Shown in pieces: positions 23,880-37,300 of a stretch of DNA of 64,000 nucleotides. The stretch covers positions 4,503,888 through 4,567,887 of the forward strand of contig NC_092676.1 of NCBI RefSeq assembly GCF_964355755.1, read 5' to 3'. The notes under the pieces are model-generated. The model saw nothing but the letters and a program-made list of their open reading frames with translations. It ran no database searches and was not told the DNA's origin. Each line of letters begins with the position of its first letter. Position 1 is the first letter of the stretch. The stretch comes from Antedon mediterranea (taxonomy: Eukaryota > Animalia > Echinodermata). The position numbers and the translations under genes are program-made.

Positions 23880-24560
23880 CGTTGGGAACATGGTACTAAT
23901 ACGCAAGTGAGTTGACCAATCACAAGCGACAGGTCGGAAAACCCGTCGCGTCGTGATTGGTCAAATTACTTAAGGTTTCTTTCCCACTAAAGACGCATCA
24001 CCAAACGTAAGCGCAATGTAAAGCGTGGTTCCCACTAGCGATGCAACACAAGGACGCAACGCAAGTGAATTGACCAATCACAAGCGATGGCTTATTCGCT
24101 TGTGATTGCTAACTGTCTGTAACTTCGCTTGTCATTGGTTAAAACGCTTGTGTTGCGTTTACGTCCTTGCGTTACGTTCTAGTGGGAACCAAGCTTTAGT
24201 GATTCAGCCAATCACAAGCGATGGTTTATTTGAACTGTTGCTTGTCATTGGTCGACTCGCTTACGTTTCGTCTACGTCGTTGCATCCAAGTAAAGCTTGG
24301 TTCCCACTAGCGACGCAACATACGCAACGTAAGAAAATGCCTTTCAAATAATTGTGTTTGCCTCCGCCTGCGTGAAATCAAACCTGTGATGTTTACAGCA
24401 CTATTGCGTCGTCGGTTCCCACTTGTGATTACGCAATACAACACTTTGCGCCGAAACGTCGCTGCGTTACGCTCTAGTGGAAACCATGCTTTAGTGGGGA
24501 CCTAGCTTTAGTTTAGTGGTACCACGATCGCAACGGAAGCGTCTCTAGTGTGAACAAGCT
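23880..24560. mobile_element. Cluster of nested palindromic Harbinger-like MITEs downstream of UPF3
   Basis: Repeated ends aaagc(t/g)tggttcccactag / ctagtgggaaccaagcttt and internal ttgaccaatcacaagcga / cttgt(g/c)attggt inverted motifs. Confidence 0.7.
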
Positions 24561-26025
24561 TATGCCTGCTGTGTGCCAGTCAATAGTAGATGTTAATACA
24601 CATCTTTAGTTCCAGGTTGAAGTGAGCACTAAATATACTTTACATACTGAATATAAATCACGCTGCATGCACCAAACGGCGTACATCTCAAAACACCGCA
24701 TGAAGCGGCATGATACTGTCGCAAATACATCTTAAAGGATTTATAAATTGTCCCTGGGGAGAGAAAGTGCAAATGTTATAATAAACAATCAATTTTGTTA
24801 ATGTTACTTGATGTTTTTCTAATTTATCTAATTTTAAGTTTGTATTTCAGGAAACCTATTTTAAGGACACTAAAATGTATAATAATACAGTTTAGGTTGA
24901 ATGTCCATTTCTCACTGAGTTGATTAGACGTTATACGCTTTTCTGTCAAAAACAATAGTGCGTTCAATCTATTAAAACGTGCCTTCTGTACTTGACTGAT
25001 ACCGGACTCCGGTCCGATGTCCGAAAAAAAAACCCGGTAAAATATATATATACAGTATATACAATTTGAACTGTTCACATTAACGGATTCCGTATTTCGT
25101 ACAAATACCTTTTGATCGAAAGCGAAAAGCTCTGTCTACATTATTAAACTAGTTTGACAAAAAAAGTGTGATGTGTCTAAATATGGTAGTGATATGATGT
25201 CATCGTGTCCATATATGGGTACAACACATAAAGTTTGATAGTGTAGACAGAGCTTAACATAGCCCGGAGTTTCTTCGTTCACCGGACATTCGAACACCCG
25301 GTTCGAATCCATCCGAACACCCGGTTCGAATCCATCCGAACACCCGGATCGAAACCATCAACTGGACCGAATCTGGACTCCGTGTGAACGCAACTCTATT
25401 CAATGTAAATTTAACAAAGAACATTATACAATTATGTTTGTCTATCTTTCTGTAGGTAAATCTGTCAGAGGCATACCGTGGGTATGGGGTCACGCATCAT
25501 TGGACACATTCCGACACACACACAATCCCGCCCAATTGCCACAGATTTTACAGCGTGTGCCCCCCCCCCCCCCCCCCCCCGCATGAGTATAACATACCCT
25601 TCCGAAGGATCTATACATCAATATAAACAGGTGAAAAGGGGGAGAGGGCGCGCGAGGGAAGTGCATTGGTACAACACTCAGGACTCAGATAGCTGTAATA
25701 CATTGAACCACATGTTTATGACATACTTTATGCCTCTGTATGTAACATTATCTATCAAGAGTCTTTGTGACGTCAGCAATGCGAGTCTATATGGCCATTT
25801 AACAAAGTATAACATTAAAGATTCTAAATGGTTTTACTGAATTTAAAGAACACCGTCAGAAAAATGCTAACGTACATAATTACGGCTTTGTTTCACATTT
25901 TGCCTCGTAGCTAGATCTCATGGATGTATCAATGTTATTTATTTGCATTTTCAAGTGTTAAAACAGGATTGAAACAAAACAAATGGCTTGGATGCATTGA
26001 CGTATATAAACGCGCCTGAGTCGAA

Positions 26026-26186
26026 TAATCTTTGTTTTCATCTTTTAACTTTCTCTTTTTGAATCAGTGCATCGACTTCTAAAAACAAAAGACAATGGGA
26101 TTCATTCCAATAACCTCCATACTATATTTTTCTTATGGTTGACTGTGTCTATAGAAAACTTTGAAGACTTATTTGGCCGTGTTGTC
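26026..26186 (-). pseudogene. Dispersed degenerate copy of the CEP295 start exon and adjacent intron
   Basis: Aligns to 4683-4914 (taatctttgttttc...ttgaatcagtgca | acttctaaaaacaaaagacaatg...attcattccaataacct...tgtgtctatagaaaa...ttatttggc) with an internal deletion of about 50 bp that includes the ATG. Confidence 0.8.
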
Positions 26187-26198
26187 TAGTTACTAAGC

Positions 26199-26334
26199 GA
26201 TGTACGATAAACGACACACACCAAACGTAATCAGAGCGCCGTGTCGGTAAACGCGATGTATGATAAACGACACACACCAAACGTAATCAGAGCGCCGTGT
26301 CGGTAAACGCGATGTACGATAAACGACACACACA
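26199..26334. repeat. About 56-bp tandem repeat, about 2.4 copies
   Basis: Unit gcgatgtacgataaacgacacacaccaaacgtaatcagagcgccgtgtcggtaaac. Confidence 0.85.
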
Positions 26335-27112
26335 TTCTTAAATGTTAAAGTTTGTTTATTGCATGCATCAATAATCCCCACGTCCACTATTGAGCTTTCC
26401 GTTTACCACCTCCCCCGCCCCCTCCCCCTCTCCCTCCCCTCCCCTCCCCCTCCGGGGGACAACAACGGTTCGTTGTTGTCACGTATTTTCGCACACAGTA
26501 AACGCCCGGGTTGCCAAACCCACCCTGCCAGTTGCCATCCGTGCCACCCAAGCTCTTTTACCACCAGATGCAAACTGCCATTCTCCATGAAACGGTCGTC
26601 GTTTGACCGAATTGAGATTTCCATGAAGTCACTACCTATGACGACCAAACCATAAAACATTGTTGTAAATATCTCACATTGAGTTGAAATAAGTATATAC
26701 TTCGTACAATGCCATTTTACTTGGAAGAGTAACGTTCGGTTTACCGTACGTCATAATAATAGGAAACTGCCCTATAGAATTTCATACCTGTTGCCTACCT
26801 AATTTTCAGAAAATTACGGACATGTTTTTATAACCTGAAGTTTCCGTGAAACAAAATAATTGAAATTGATTGAGATTCATAGGTCGATGGCCCGAATAGT
26901 ATATTTATTAGTTTATCTTTGTTGAATTGTTATTTTTTATTTCTTTCTGGAAGTACATAAATAAAACCATACGTTTATGCTGGTATGGCTAATGCCCCTT
27001 GAATGAATAGACTAGTCTAAATACGTCACAAATTTGTGTCGTCACTGTTTGGCAGTTCCAATATAAGACTTCGATTGTAGGCTGTTTAATAATCATTGAA
27101 TTGAGCTCAACC

Positions 27113-27709
27113 ATGACACAAGGCTCTCACTTACGGCCGCCTAAAAAGGTGATTGAAACTCTACGCAGCTCTCCGCAGATACTGCGCAGAAAACTCTTCA
27201 GCGATGTTACGACGACACACATCCAGACCGAAAATCGCCCTAAAGCTGTTTTTGACTTATTCTACTTGGGACAAGAAGAAATAACAACATTGCAGCTATC
27301 ACAAGCAATTACGGCGGTGCGAGGGAAAACTATGCAACGACAAAGAACGAAAAATGGTTTGAAATCGACAAAATGTAAATTACGCATTTACGATAGCAAC
27401 GTCGTCGTCAACTCCGTAGATGGTTGCGACAGAGTAATCGAACTGAATAAAATTGCGTACTGCGCACTAGATCAGCGTTTTCCGTCCGTCGTGTTATTGA
27501 TTGCTCGTCAACCTATGACAGATAAGTTGTTTGTACACATGCTCTTGTGCGGCAAAACTGAAGAAGCTACTGATGTTGTAAGAACAATGGAACTGACATT
27601 CCAGGATGCTTGGAAGAGACACGTAGAATTAAAAACAAACAACAATGAATATGGAATGGTAAGATATCAGCTAGCAGCAAATTCCGGGTTCGAATCTGGG
27701 TTGCGATAG
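27113..27709 (+). CDS. PTB/PID-domain adaptor protein (FAM43/LDLRAP1-like)
   Basis: ATG in caaccATG, with an acceptor tgtag at 27080. PTB signature VFDLFYLG...CKLRI...IELNKIAYCALDQRFPSVVLLIAR...LFVHMLLC...EEATDVVRTMELTFQDAW. The 3' end is uncertain because of a strong donor ATG|gtaaga at 27658/27659. Confidence 0.8.
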   Translation: MTQGSHLRPPKKVIETLRSSPQILRRKLFSDVTTTHIQTENRPKAVFDLFYLGQEEITTLQLSQAITAVRGKTMQRQRTKNGLKSTKCKLRIYDSNVVVNSVDGCDRVIELNKIAYCALDQRFPSVVLLIARQPMTDKLFVHMLLCGKTEEATDVVRTMELTFQDAWKRHVELKTNNNEYGMVRYQLAANSGFESGLR

Positions 27710-30700
27710 TTTTTTTCATTCTCAAAGATTTCATCATTTTTACTGCAATTTATATCAATTTTCAGTATCGCTAATGGTGGGCGGTTTGGGGTTCTATTTA
27801 TATGAAAAGGCTATCACGACCACAGATTCGAACCCGGAATCTTCTGCTTCATATGCAGGCATCCTACTACTAGGCCCCCAGAGCTTATAATATGTCAGTT
27901 TTAATAATAGTCTTGACTAAGATTAATTGAAGTACCATTATAAAGGGCGAAAGTCTCTCGGCCTGTCAATCCTTCTGTGTTCACACGCAAAAAGTTAATC
28001 GTGATTTATCCTGATCCGAATCATATCAGAGTTACATCCGAGTGAGTGCTCGGTTAAACCTTTGCGTCGTTAACTCCGATGTAACTCCGATAGGTTTGAG
28101 AGGTAGGTACATCCGATGTAACGCTATGCACACACGTCTGAACGCAGAACAACTTCGTTTCAAGGAACGGAAGACTGCGTCGTTTTGTAAAACAATAGAA
28201 CATCATAAAACAATTTAACGGTACGGCCGTCTTCCGTTCCGTGAATCGGAACCAGTGTGAATGTGGCGTTATTGAGTTTATTCAACTTCGGTGGAAAAGA
28301 TATCGTGTAAAAAGGTTTTGCATTTTATTGTTAATGTGTTTGATAGCCTTATTTGATCGTTCGCTTTTTGTTCGAATTTCACTTTAATGGTAAAAAGATA
28401 ATCCTGGCAAAGTTAATATTTCTTTCTTCTTTCTTGTGTCGTTTTACGAGCGCCTTTTCTGGATTAAGTTGTCACTTTTAATGGTTTAAAATCTTCGTTT
28501 TGATGGCAAAGTTTTTGTTTTCTTTTAAATATTTCAATGACTTATATCAGTAGACATGTGATGAGTATAATAGTTACATATATTTTATGATCACCTTTTT
28601 AAAATTTAGATGTCACTTTAATAATGCTTTTGAATCTGTATTATTATGGCAAAATTTTTGTCTCAATTGTACACCTATGCGAGTACACTTATATAGTTTA
28701 CGAGCCCCTTTTATGGATGTTGTTGTCAAATTGTAATGGTTTTAAATAATGCCAAAGTTGTCTTGCCTTTTTTAATAAAAGCACTCGTTTTTATCAGACC
28801 TAGTATATGTTATATAATGAATAACCTCAGGTGGATTAGGTTTGATTCAGTTTTAATGGGTTGAAATACCTCCAAAAATATTATCTAATTTTAGTTTACG
28901 ATAATCCTTTGGAATGCCTGTACACACGCAATTGTTGTAATACCGTGAATGTGGAAGTTGCGAAAAAGTAAAACAGGCAATCAGCAGCCCTTTTAGTTTT
29001 CGTCAGTGCCTACACAGGGGCCTAATATTTATAATAAAAAGCATACTTTTACTTCATTGATTTTATGTACATGTATAGATATAGTGCCTTTTTAACTACT
29101 TTATTTTAATTTATTTATATTTATTTTAATGTTTTTACAAAAATGTATGTATAATATATATATATATATATTTGTATAAGGTACCAGAATGAATAAATGT
29201 GGGTGACCCCGACGACAGAGAAAAAAAGACCGTTTATAATAAAATCAACGTTAGGCCTAACATCACTGTCCAAAGCCCTAAGGAAAAGATAGACTATTTT
29301 GTTTCTTCCATTAGGCCTACCACTTTTTACAAACCCGCGCGATGTAGGCCTTCCTCAAAGTATTTAATTCCTCGTTTGTGGTCAAAACCCGACGTTACCG
29401 TGTTTCCTCCAGAGTCTAAAGTGACAAATTTCCTGATACTTTATCAATGTTTAGTAGGCCTATCAGTTTACCCAGTCGATGTAACGGTATCCCGTTCAAG
29501 GCCATGTACAGTAATTTCCATATATCGAATTTTGATCGATCTTAGTTCCGTGAACTGCGAGTTCACAACCTGGGAATTCAATCAACCGCAAAGTCACACA
29601 AACAGATCACATTGAATAATTCCACTAGGCCAAGTGGGAGGGTGATTCATATAATACTTTTAAAACAAATACATTAAGTGTTTTCTATAAAAAATCTGTC
29701 TTTAAAACAAACATTTTTGAATGATCAATCATTATCTTATTATGATTAATCAATTATTATTATTTTTTTTTTTTTATACCTTAATCTTCCGACCGTAGAA
29801 AAAAATTCCATTACAACAATTAAACAAACCGCGAAGGTTAAATCTGGCAATGCGGCTTAAGTTTAGTTGTTTAAGAATTAGCTTTGGTTGACTGTGCTGC
29901 TGTAATTATTATGTAATATCAGTAGCCGCCCAACATAAACATCCAATGTTTAGCCCCATCCCCCCATTATTCATTCATATATTTGATATTGTTATAAGGT
30001 ATATAGGTATAAGGTATTCATAATCCAATAATCTTAACTGGGGAAATTTGGATTTGGGATTAGGCCGCCTGTAGGCCCTATACGGACCCACGGCAGCCAG
30101 ACCCTCTCAGATCAGCACATCGGGAACAGACGATCCTCTAGCTCTTTTCGAATACAGTACTGTGCTAATGATTAGGGGATTAGTTCCGGACCTACGGACC
30201 TATACAGACCAACGGCAGCCAGAGTAGCCGACCATAAACAGTACCCTACTCAGATTAGCACATCAGGATCCCCTAGCTCTTTTCAAATACTGTTAAGTGT
30301 AGACTAAATGTTCGTAAACTACATGTACTAGATGGCACGCTCGCTTCGCTGGCGTACCATCTAGGTCCTGCCCACAGATGGTTCTCGAATACACAGTATT
30401 TTCCAGCGAGAAAAAAATGGTGATTTCAAATGTACGTACTGCAGGACTATAATACATTGTCGTTTACAGAATCGAATAAATATACACGATGATTTATGTA
30501 GTCAGCTAAAATTAGCACCCTGGGAATTACTTCCGAGAGAGAAACAAAATGAGTCAATTTTTTTTATTTGGACTCATTTAAACAAACGCAATTTGTGTTT
30601 TGTATGTAACATTAAGGGTTGAGGGATGTATGCCTAGATAGACGGGAAAGGCTTTATACCGTACGTCTGGCTGATATGCACTTTCAATATTTTTTAAAGC

Positions 30701-31239
30701 ATTGATTAAATTAAAGCAAAGATTGATCAATCTCGTTAGCCCTATTCACAATTAAAAACAAGAAATACCATTGCCTAAAAGTCATTCATTTAGTAATGAC
30801 CTGCCGCCATAGAAGACTATTTAACTAGCACCAGTTCAGAAAGCACGCAGCCTATAATTTATGTTTTCATTTTACACTGTGATGATTTATTGTTGAACAT
30901 TATGTTTATTAATTAAAAATAGTACGCTCAGATATTATGATTTATATTTTGCAAATGTCAAATGTGTTTACTTCAATATCGTACGCGTAATCAAGTCGAT
31001 TTGATTAAGTTGTGAGAAGTCGATACAGCAAGTTCATTGGACTAGGCCCAGGCCTACTAATCATACCTCAACTGTGTCATTATCGAAAAGCGCAATCAAT
31101 ATATATGAACATCAAACGAAAAATACTCGTTATCTCGATATTTGTAGCCTTTTGCTGAGTCTAATTCTTCTTTTAAATATTTTTCAGAACTCAAATGAAA
31201 CGTTGACAAGGAGAAAGCAGCTAATTACTTTGGCTGCCA

Positions 31240-31400
31240 TTGGTAACAACTCAATGCTGACGTCAACCATTGCGTGACGCGCGCAACTTAAGTCGACCAA
31301 TCAAGTGTTGTTTTTTTACGATACAGCAAACGAAGCAGCAAGGCTGATTTGCTATGCAAGTTTTTCCAAAACTTTTTTTTCGGAATGTTGTGTGACGTAA
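31240..31400 (+). promoter_or_regulatory. Candidate distal promoter (CRE/CCAAT cluster) upstream of TRPA
   Basis: ccattgg, tgacgtca (about 31258), tgacgcgcgc, ccaatc and tgacgtaa within 160 bp. TAGGCCTA motifs on both sides (about 31045 and 31620-31765). Confidence 0.35.
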
Positions 31401-34323
31401 TAAAGAACATTTTGAGCATTTCTACTCCATGTTATGAGGAATATGTAGTAGGATTATGCCTACTGTAACTGAAGGCGGGTAAAATAAATGTCATGGATGA
31501 ACTTATAGCTGGAAAGGTCATGGATAATGTGGTAACACTACCAGAAGTTAAAGAATTACGATGAAAAAATCTAATCTGGAAGTTGAGTATAGACGACCTA
31601 ATATGAAAATGCTAATAATTGTAGGCTAGGCCTAGCGGCCTATCAAGTGAATTGTCGTATGCAAAATGGTCACAATCAATTAATTAGGGTCGGGAAGTAG
31701 GCCTAAATTATGGAATCAACATCATACCTTGAGATGATTGTGAACTTAACGTTATAGGCCTACAACAGCATACATTGGGACATTCATTTATATTTGTTAA
31801 AATACAGGCAGACAAGAACACATTTTAAAACACAAAAGAGGATTTCAGATGATTGACACGCACACCTGAGGTGATTGACTATACCACCGCGCGTGAAAGG
31901 CGTTACAACAATCAGAAGAACAATAACAGTACGAGACAATGTGGTAAACATATACCTTTGAATTTATTGTGAAAGGACAGTGTAAAACGGAATAACTTGC
32001 TGACTATACGGTTCTTTTTGTATATTATTATGTATTGTTATCTGTTATCTGACGGTCAAGGATTGCTTATACAAATGCAAATTGGTCAACACAATCACTG
32101 GTCAATAATGACCAGTGTAAAGATCAATATTTTATAACAAGTCGATTTGATACTTACACTGATAACATATTTCAGCCTTTCGTATAGTAATAGGCCTACG
32201 GTAGATTTTAAGTCTATTTATCGTAATAGTTTAAAATTAGCTACACTTATTGTATTGTATAAAGCATTATATTGCATTTAAAGATATATTGTCCTCTAAA
32301 AAATATTTTTTTAAATGTTGTTGTAATGTCACACAATTATTATTCACTTTAACCAAAAACAGGATCGAAAAAAACAAATATTTTCCTGAAAAAAATGTAA
32401 TTTAAAGCAAAACATACCTAAATTGTCTGTCAAGCCAAGAGTTTTTGGTTAAAATTAACCGTTTCCTTTGTCTTTTTATAAGTGAAATAATTACGTTTGA
32501 TTCACAAAAGTGAATAACTTTACTGCAAAATGGCTTATTTAAAATCTGATTTTATTAATCTATATTTTTCATGTTTTTTTTCTTCATTTTTTTGGTTTTT
32601 AAATTTGCATATTTTTAAAACAAAAACAATTTTGAGGCTGAAAACAATTTATTTCTGAAGGGAAAAGCCTAATTAACTGGTAACATGCTTTAAAGGGATT
32701 CTTTAATATGCCTCTTAATAACTATTTTTATTTAAACATTGTTATGTTTATTAGCCGTATTGTTTACTAATATAAATATTGATAATATATTTGAAAAACT
32801 TTTTCTGGTAAGCGAATAAAAGATATCATTTTTTTCAGTAATGAATGGTTGTATTCTGTGTCTCATGTTGACGTCACTACATCGCATACGGTATACAATT
32901 TAAATTTAAAAAGACAAATACAGAGATGTATGATAGCCCCTGAAAGTCCCGATGTGGGACTTATTTCCAATGGGGTCCTCAATAACAAATTTAGAAAAGA
33001 CAAAAACAGAAAAAAAAACCAACAAATTACAATACATAAAACATACTTAAGCATATACTGGTACATTCAAAATATTACTTTACTGTTGATTCATACCACG
33101 GGCTAATTCTAAGATCCTTCAAAATAACAAACTGTTTGTCGTTGCTATGCGTAATAATAGTATAAATTTATAAAGCTCTGTCTACATTATCAAACTTTAT
33201 GTGACAAAAAAATGTGATGATGATGGTGTCATATCACTACCATATTTGAGCACTTTTGTTTTCTAGTTTTCGTTTCTAGTTTGATAATATAGACAGCGCT
33301 TAAGAGAAGATTTTTTTCGATTCGATTTGACGACACTTCAATGAAGCACTGTATCCCAATAAGTATCAAAGCGATTGTCAAGTGGGAAGTGAATCATGGA
33401 CAGAATTGTAAATGCTGATATTAACTCATGAGCTAGGCCTATATCATATCTTTCAATTTTTTTTTTGGCGGCCAGGTCGTGTCCCATCTGGATCCGCTTA
33501 TGATTGACTATGGTCTGGTTATTATAAACTCAGAGCTCACATAGGGTATATAGTTCAATAATTGAGGTAGGCCTATCCCGAGGGGGCCCCGGAGGGGGCA
33601 TGAGAGATGAGTAATACAATCACTACGGATATGTTGATAGCATTACTATGTAGACCTACAGAAAAGCTAATTGTTGTACTATTTTTTTCTTATTGAAGTT
33701 CATTGAAATGTGCTGATTTACATATATAAAAATGCCTTCCATTTCGGAGCCGCTTGCGCGCGCTTTTTATCGTTTTTTACCAAAAACAATATAAACTGTT
33801 CTCCAACTCAAAATTGGATAGTGTTTTTCTTTTATTTTGAAAATGCTTTTGTAGAATGAAGAGTGACTGAATAAATTAAAGAAGTATTTCTGTGACATTT
33901 CTGAAACGGGAAATGAATAGTATATCGCCCTCTATTTGAAGTAAGTAAGCAATTCTTATATTCTTTGCTTGCACGGTAGAGTGGATCTAGATATCGCTTG
34001 GATAAGTAATGGAATGTATTCTAAGGACAAAGTGTTTATCATTAATTTAATTTATCAGTGAACCATAAAACCTGGCGACTGATAATAATATAGGTGACGG
34101 TTATCTAGCTTGCACTGAAAAGGGAGAAGTCGTGGATAAAAAACCTCTTTTTGTTGCCTTACCTGAACACATAGCAGAGGACGCGTCGGTGTGTTCACAA
34201 AACGGAGGATCCACTGATGACAGTGCAAGTACATCTAAGAACCTCGGCTCAGCAGTAAGCGCAGGGCGCGTAAAAGTAAGTTTTTCGAATAATAGAGTTA
34301 GCCCCAGCCCTGAATCGTTGGAA

Positions 34324-37300
34324 ATGTCAAGGAACCCTGGCTTTGAAGAAGTGGAAGGCATACCACTAAACGAGAGATCGAGAAAAAGAAGGGATTCTGT
34401 TGACAGTGACGAAATGACGGACAGGTCTCACCGTAGTAGTTCTCGTCCGACCAGTAATACAAGCATGAATAGGGAACCCACTGGGATATCCAGTTCTCGC
34501 CCTGGAACCAACGTAGGGATTTCCACTTCTCGTCCCACAAGCATGGAATATGAACCGGTCCCTTCAGCAAATGGTGGTGGAGGAGGAGGCTATGACCCAG
34601 CAGCCTCCATTAAAAGATGGGAAAGTATTGAAGATGTTGGAATTACAATTCATCAGGTAAGTTTAAAAAAATATATTTTTATTTAAATTATGAAATAAAA
34701 AAATTATGATTTTAAAGACGTATATGTGTGAAAATGAAGATTAATAAAATAAGACTTTGAATATGACATTTTGCAGTTTTTCACTTCCGTAGAAAAAAAC
34801 CAAAAATGTTTACTCTTATAAAAAGACAAAATAAGCAGTTTTAAATTAAAATCAATTGTTGCTTTAAGTTAGTTTTTTTCAGGTAAATACATTTTTTGTT
34901 TACATTTTTGGTCAATATGAATAATATGTGAAAAAATGACATGGCATGGCATATATTAAAAAGTTAAAAATCAGGTGGGGATAATTATCTTTACTTGTTA
35001 GTGTCTGTAAGAAGGTGTATCCACCTATCCCATCCAGGGTGGGGAGTGCTAGGGGCATGACTTTTGGCAACCTAAAATGAAATTACGGACTACTTTTTGA
35101 TATTTATTTTTGACAGACTATGTTTACGCTCCCGTTAAAAAAAATCCTAAATCCGCCTCTGCATACCTCATGTTCAGAACCCCACTCCTTTTCCCTGCAT
35201 TTTGCATTCACCCCTGAACTGTGACATTTACATAGAACACACCCTACTTTTCGTTATTAGTAATCAACATGGTTTATTGACATGATATGAGTAGGCTACG
35301 ATGACATGTAATCTAATCTCTGTGTTTACTATAATAATATTGAATTGTATGCCTGTGTGTGATTACTATTGGGTTTATTCAGTTAACCATGAACAGTTTT
35401 TCTGTGCCCTTTTATTCTCCTATTTTACTAAATTCAATAGCATAAATATTTTCACCAATATACAGTACACTTTCTCATCTCTATCAAGACCCTATTTTTA
35501 GTACAAAAAAGGGTGTCAAAGATAAGAATGAAATACCATATTTTTAGTACAAAAAAAGTCTCAAAGATGATAATGAACCCAGAATAATTGTTACAAATTA
35601 AACATGGTGTTAGGAGGGTTGTTATGCTTGGCTCCCAGTAGAATGCACCGCAAGACATAAGCGCAGTGCAAGTAACTCGACCAGTCACGACACGATTCAA
35701 GGCCATAGCGAGAGGTTAAAAACAGACGAGGCAAAGATGCTTTAAATATAATTATATAAAATATGACGATCTGTGCTGGGGGATTGGGGATGGGTGGTGA
35801 AAACTGAAAATTTCAGGGAACCTTGCTGGCTACGGCCCTGGGATTGATGGTCCATCGCATCATCTTGTTGTATACAGTAAGAGTGAGAACCAAACTTAGA
35901 CCTTATTGTATTTCATTCACAAACCTAAAAACCATTTACAAATAAAATATTTATTATCCTCCATGGTTTCACCCCAGACCTCTTTTGTGGAAATACAGCC
36001 CCCAATAATTAAACAGTATTTAATATTATATTAATTTTATATTGAACAAATTCCATAAAATGTATGTTTAAAACTCCACAAGATAAAATATTTACATAAA
36101 AAGATGATGACGCTAACTAATTTTCTTTAATAATAATAATAATAATATCCTGGATTTATACAGTGCCTAATGTTGTGAAACTTCATACATAAAATAATAC
36201 GATAAAAGAGATTCCAGCCATGCCAAAAAAAAAACCAAACCAATAGGGGATACACCTTCGTCACTAACCAGATATATTGTCCTTAAAAATTAATATGTTT
36301 TTTTTTTTAATATGCCATTTTAATGTCACATAAACATGATCACGGAATCAAGTAACTTGGTATCTCGCTTATTTTTTAGGCTGCTCGGGATGGAGATGTC
36401 GGAGTTATGCGACGATTGCTCCAACAGGTGTCTACCAATAAGAAACGAAGGATAAACGCACTTGACGAGAATAATTTAACAGGGCTTCATTACGCCGCTC
36501 GGTACAACCACTTGCCAATCGTCATGGAACTTGTCACCAACGGGGCCAGTAAGATATTCATTTTTTTTTAAATTAATTTTTATTTTTCCAAATCGTTGAT
36601 TTCCCTTCTGCTATGATTTTAACAATATATAAATTGTCCTTTTAAGAAAAAAATACAATTTAAAAGTAATCAAAAATGAGAATTTTATAGATTTTTAAAG
36701 AGAATTTTAAACATAAAATCCTTTTAAAAAAAATTGATGAAAAATATTGATTACCAAAAAAATTATTATAAATTTATTTCCCTTTATTCTTTTATTTCTG
36801 GTTTTGCTTCGTACATATAATTACTATTCAGATTTTACATAATAATCTGTCAAAAATTGTGGGCTGATAGATCTTCCTGTATCCTGTTGAAGTACAGTTG
36901 ATAATTCATCAGTCCTTGGCCTTCATTGAGGATGTGGCTGTGAACACAGCTTATTAATGGCCAAATCATATCCTTTTATGCGTTTAATAATGTTCCTTAA
37001 TTTGTGCTACGTTTAAAGCCTAATAATGTATTCTAGAAACACTAAACACACGGTTGAGAGAGATGATTCCTGTAAGGACACAAACATGTACATAATGTTG
37101 ATATGAACTATCAACCTGATATCAAACAGCTTACAAATATTTTGCATTGATTTGTGTAATTTGACTCTTCCTAATTGCGCATCAGGGATTTTGCAATTTG
37201 ACCATATTATGCAAATGAAGGAAAAATAATATAAGGCTGCATGTATTACAAAATTATTGATGAGACAAACATAAATTACAAATCACATATTTTTCAAAAT

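Noticed and set aside
25478-26660. Proline-rich ORFs at 25478-25840 and 26359-26655
   Set aside because: They arise from poly-C and C-rich tracts; no domain or exon context.
29199-29615. 138-aa ORF and a tRNA-Trp PBS-like ggtgaccccgacg at its start
   Set aside because: GTG start, no recognisable domain, and no adjacent LTR end or retroelement ORF.
31493-31943. Upstream coding exon for TRPA (MDELIAGK... or EVIDYTTARERR...C|gtaaac)
   Set aside because: The first ends in a stop after 23 codons. The second has an in-frame stop upstream and no ATG or compatible acceptor, so no model could be built.
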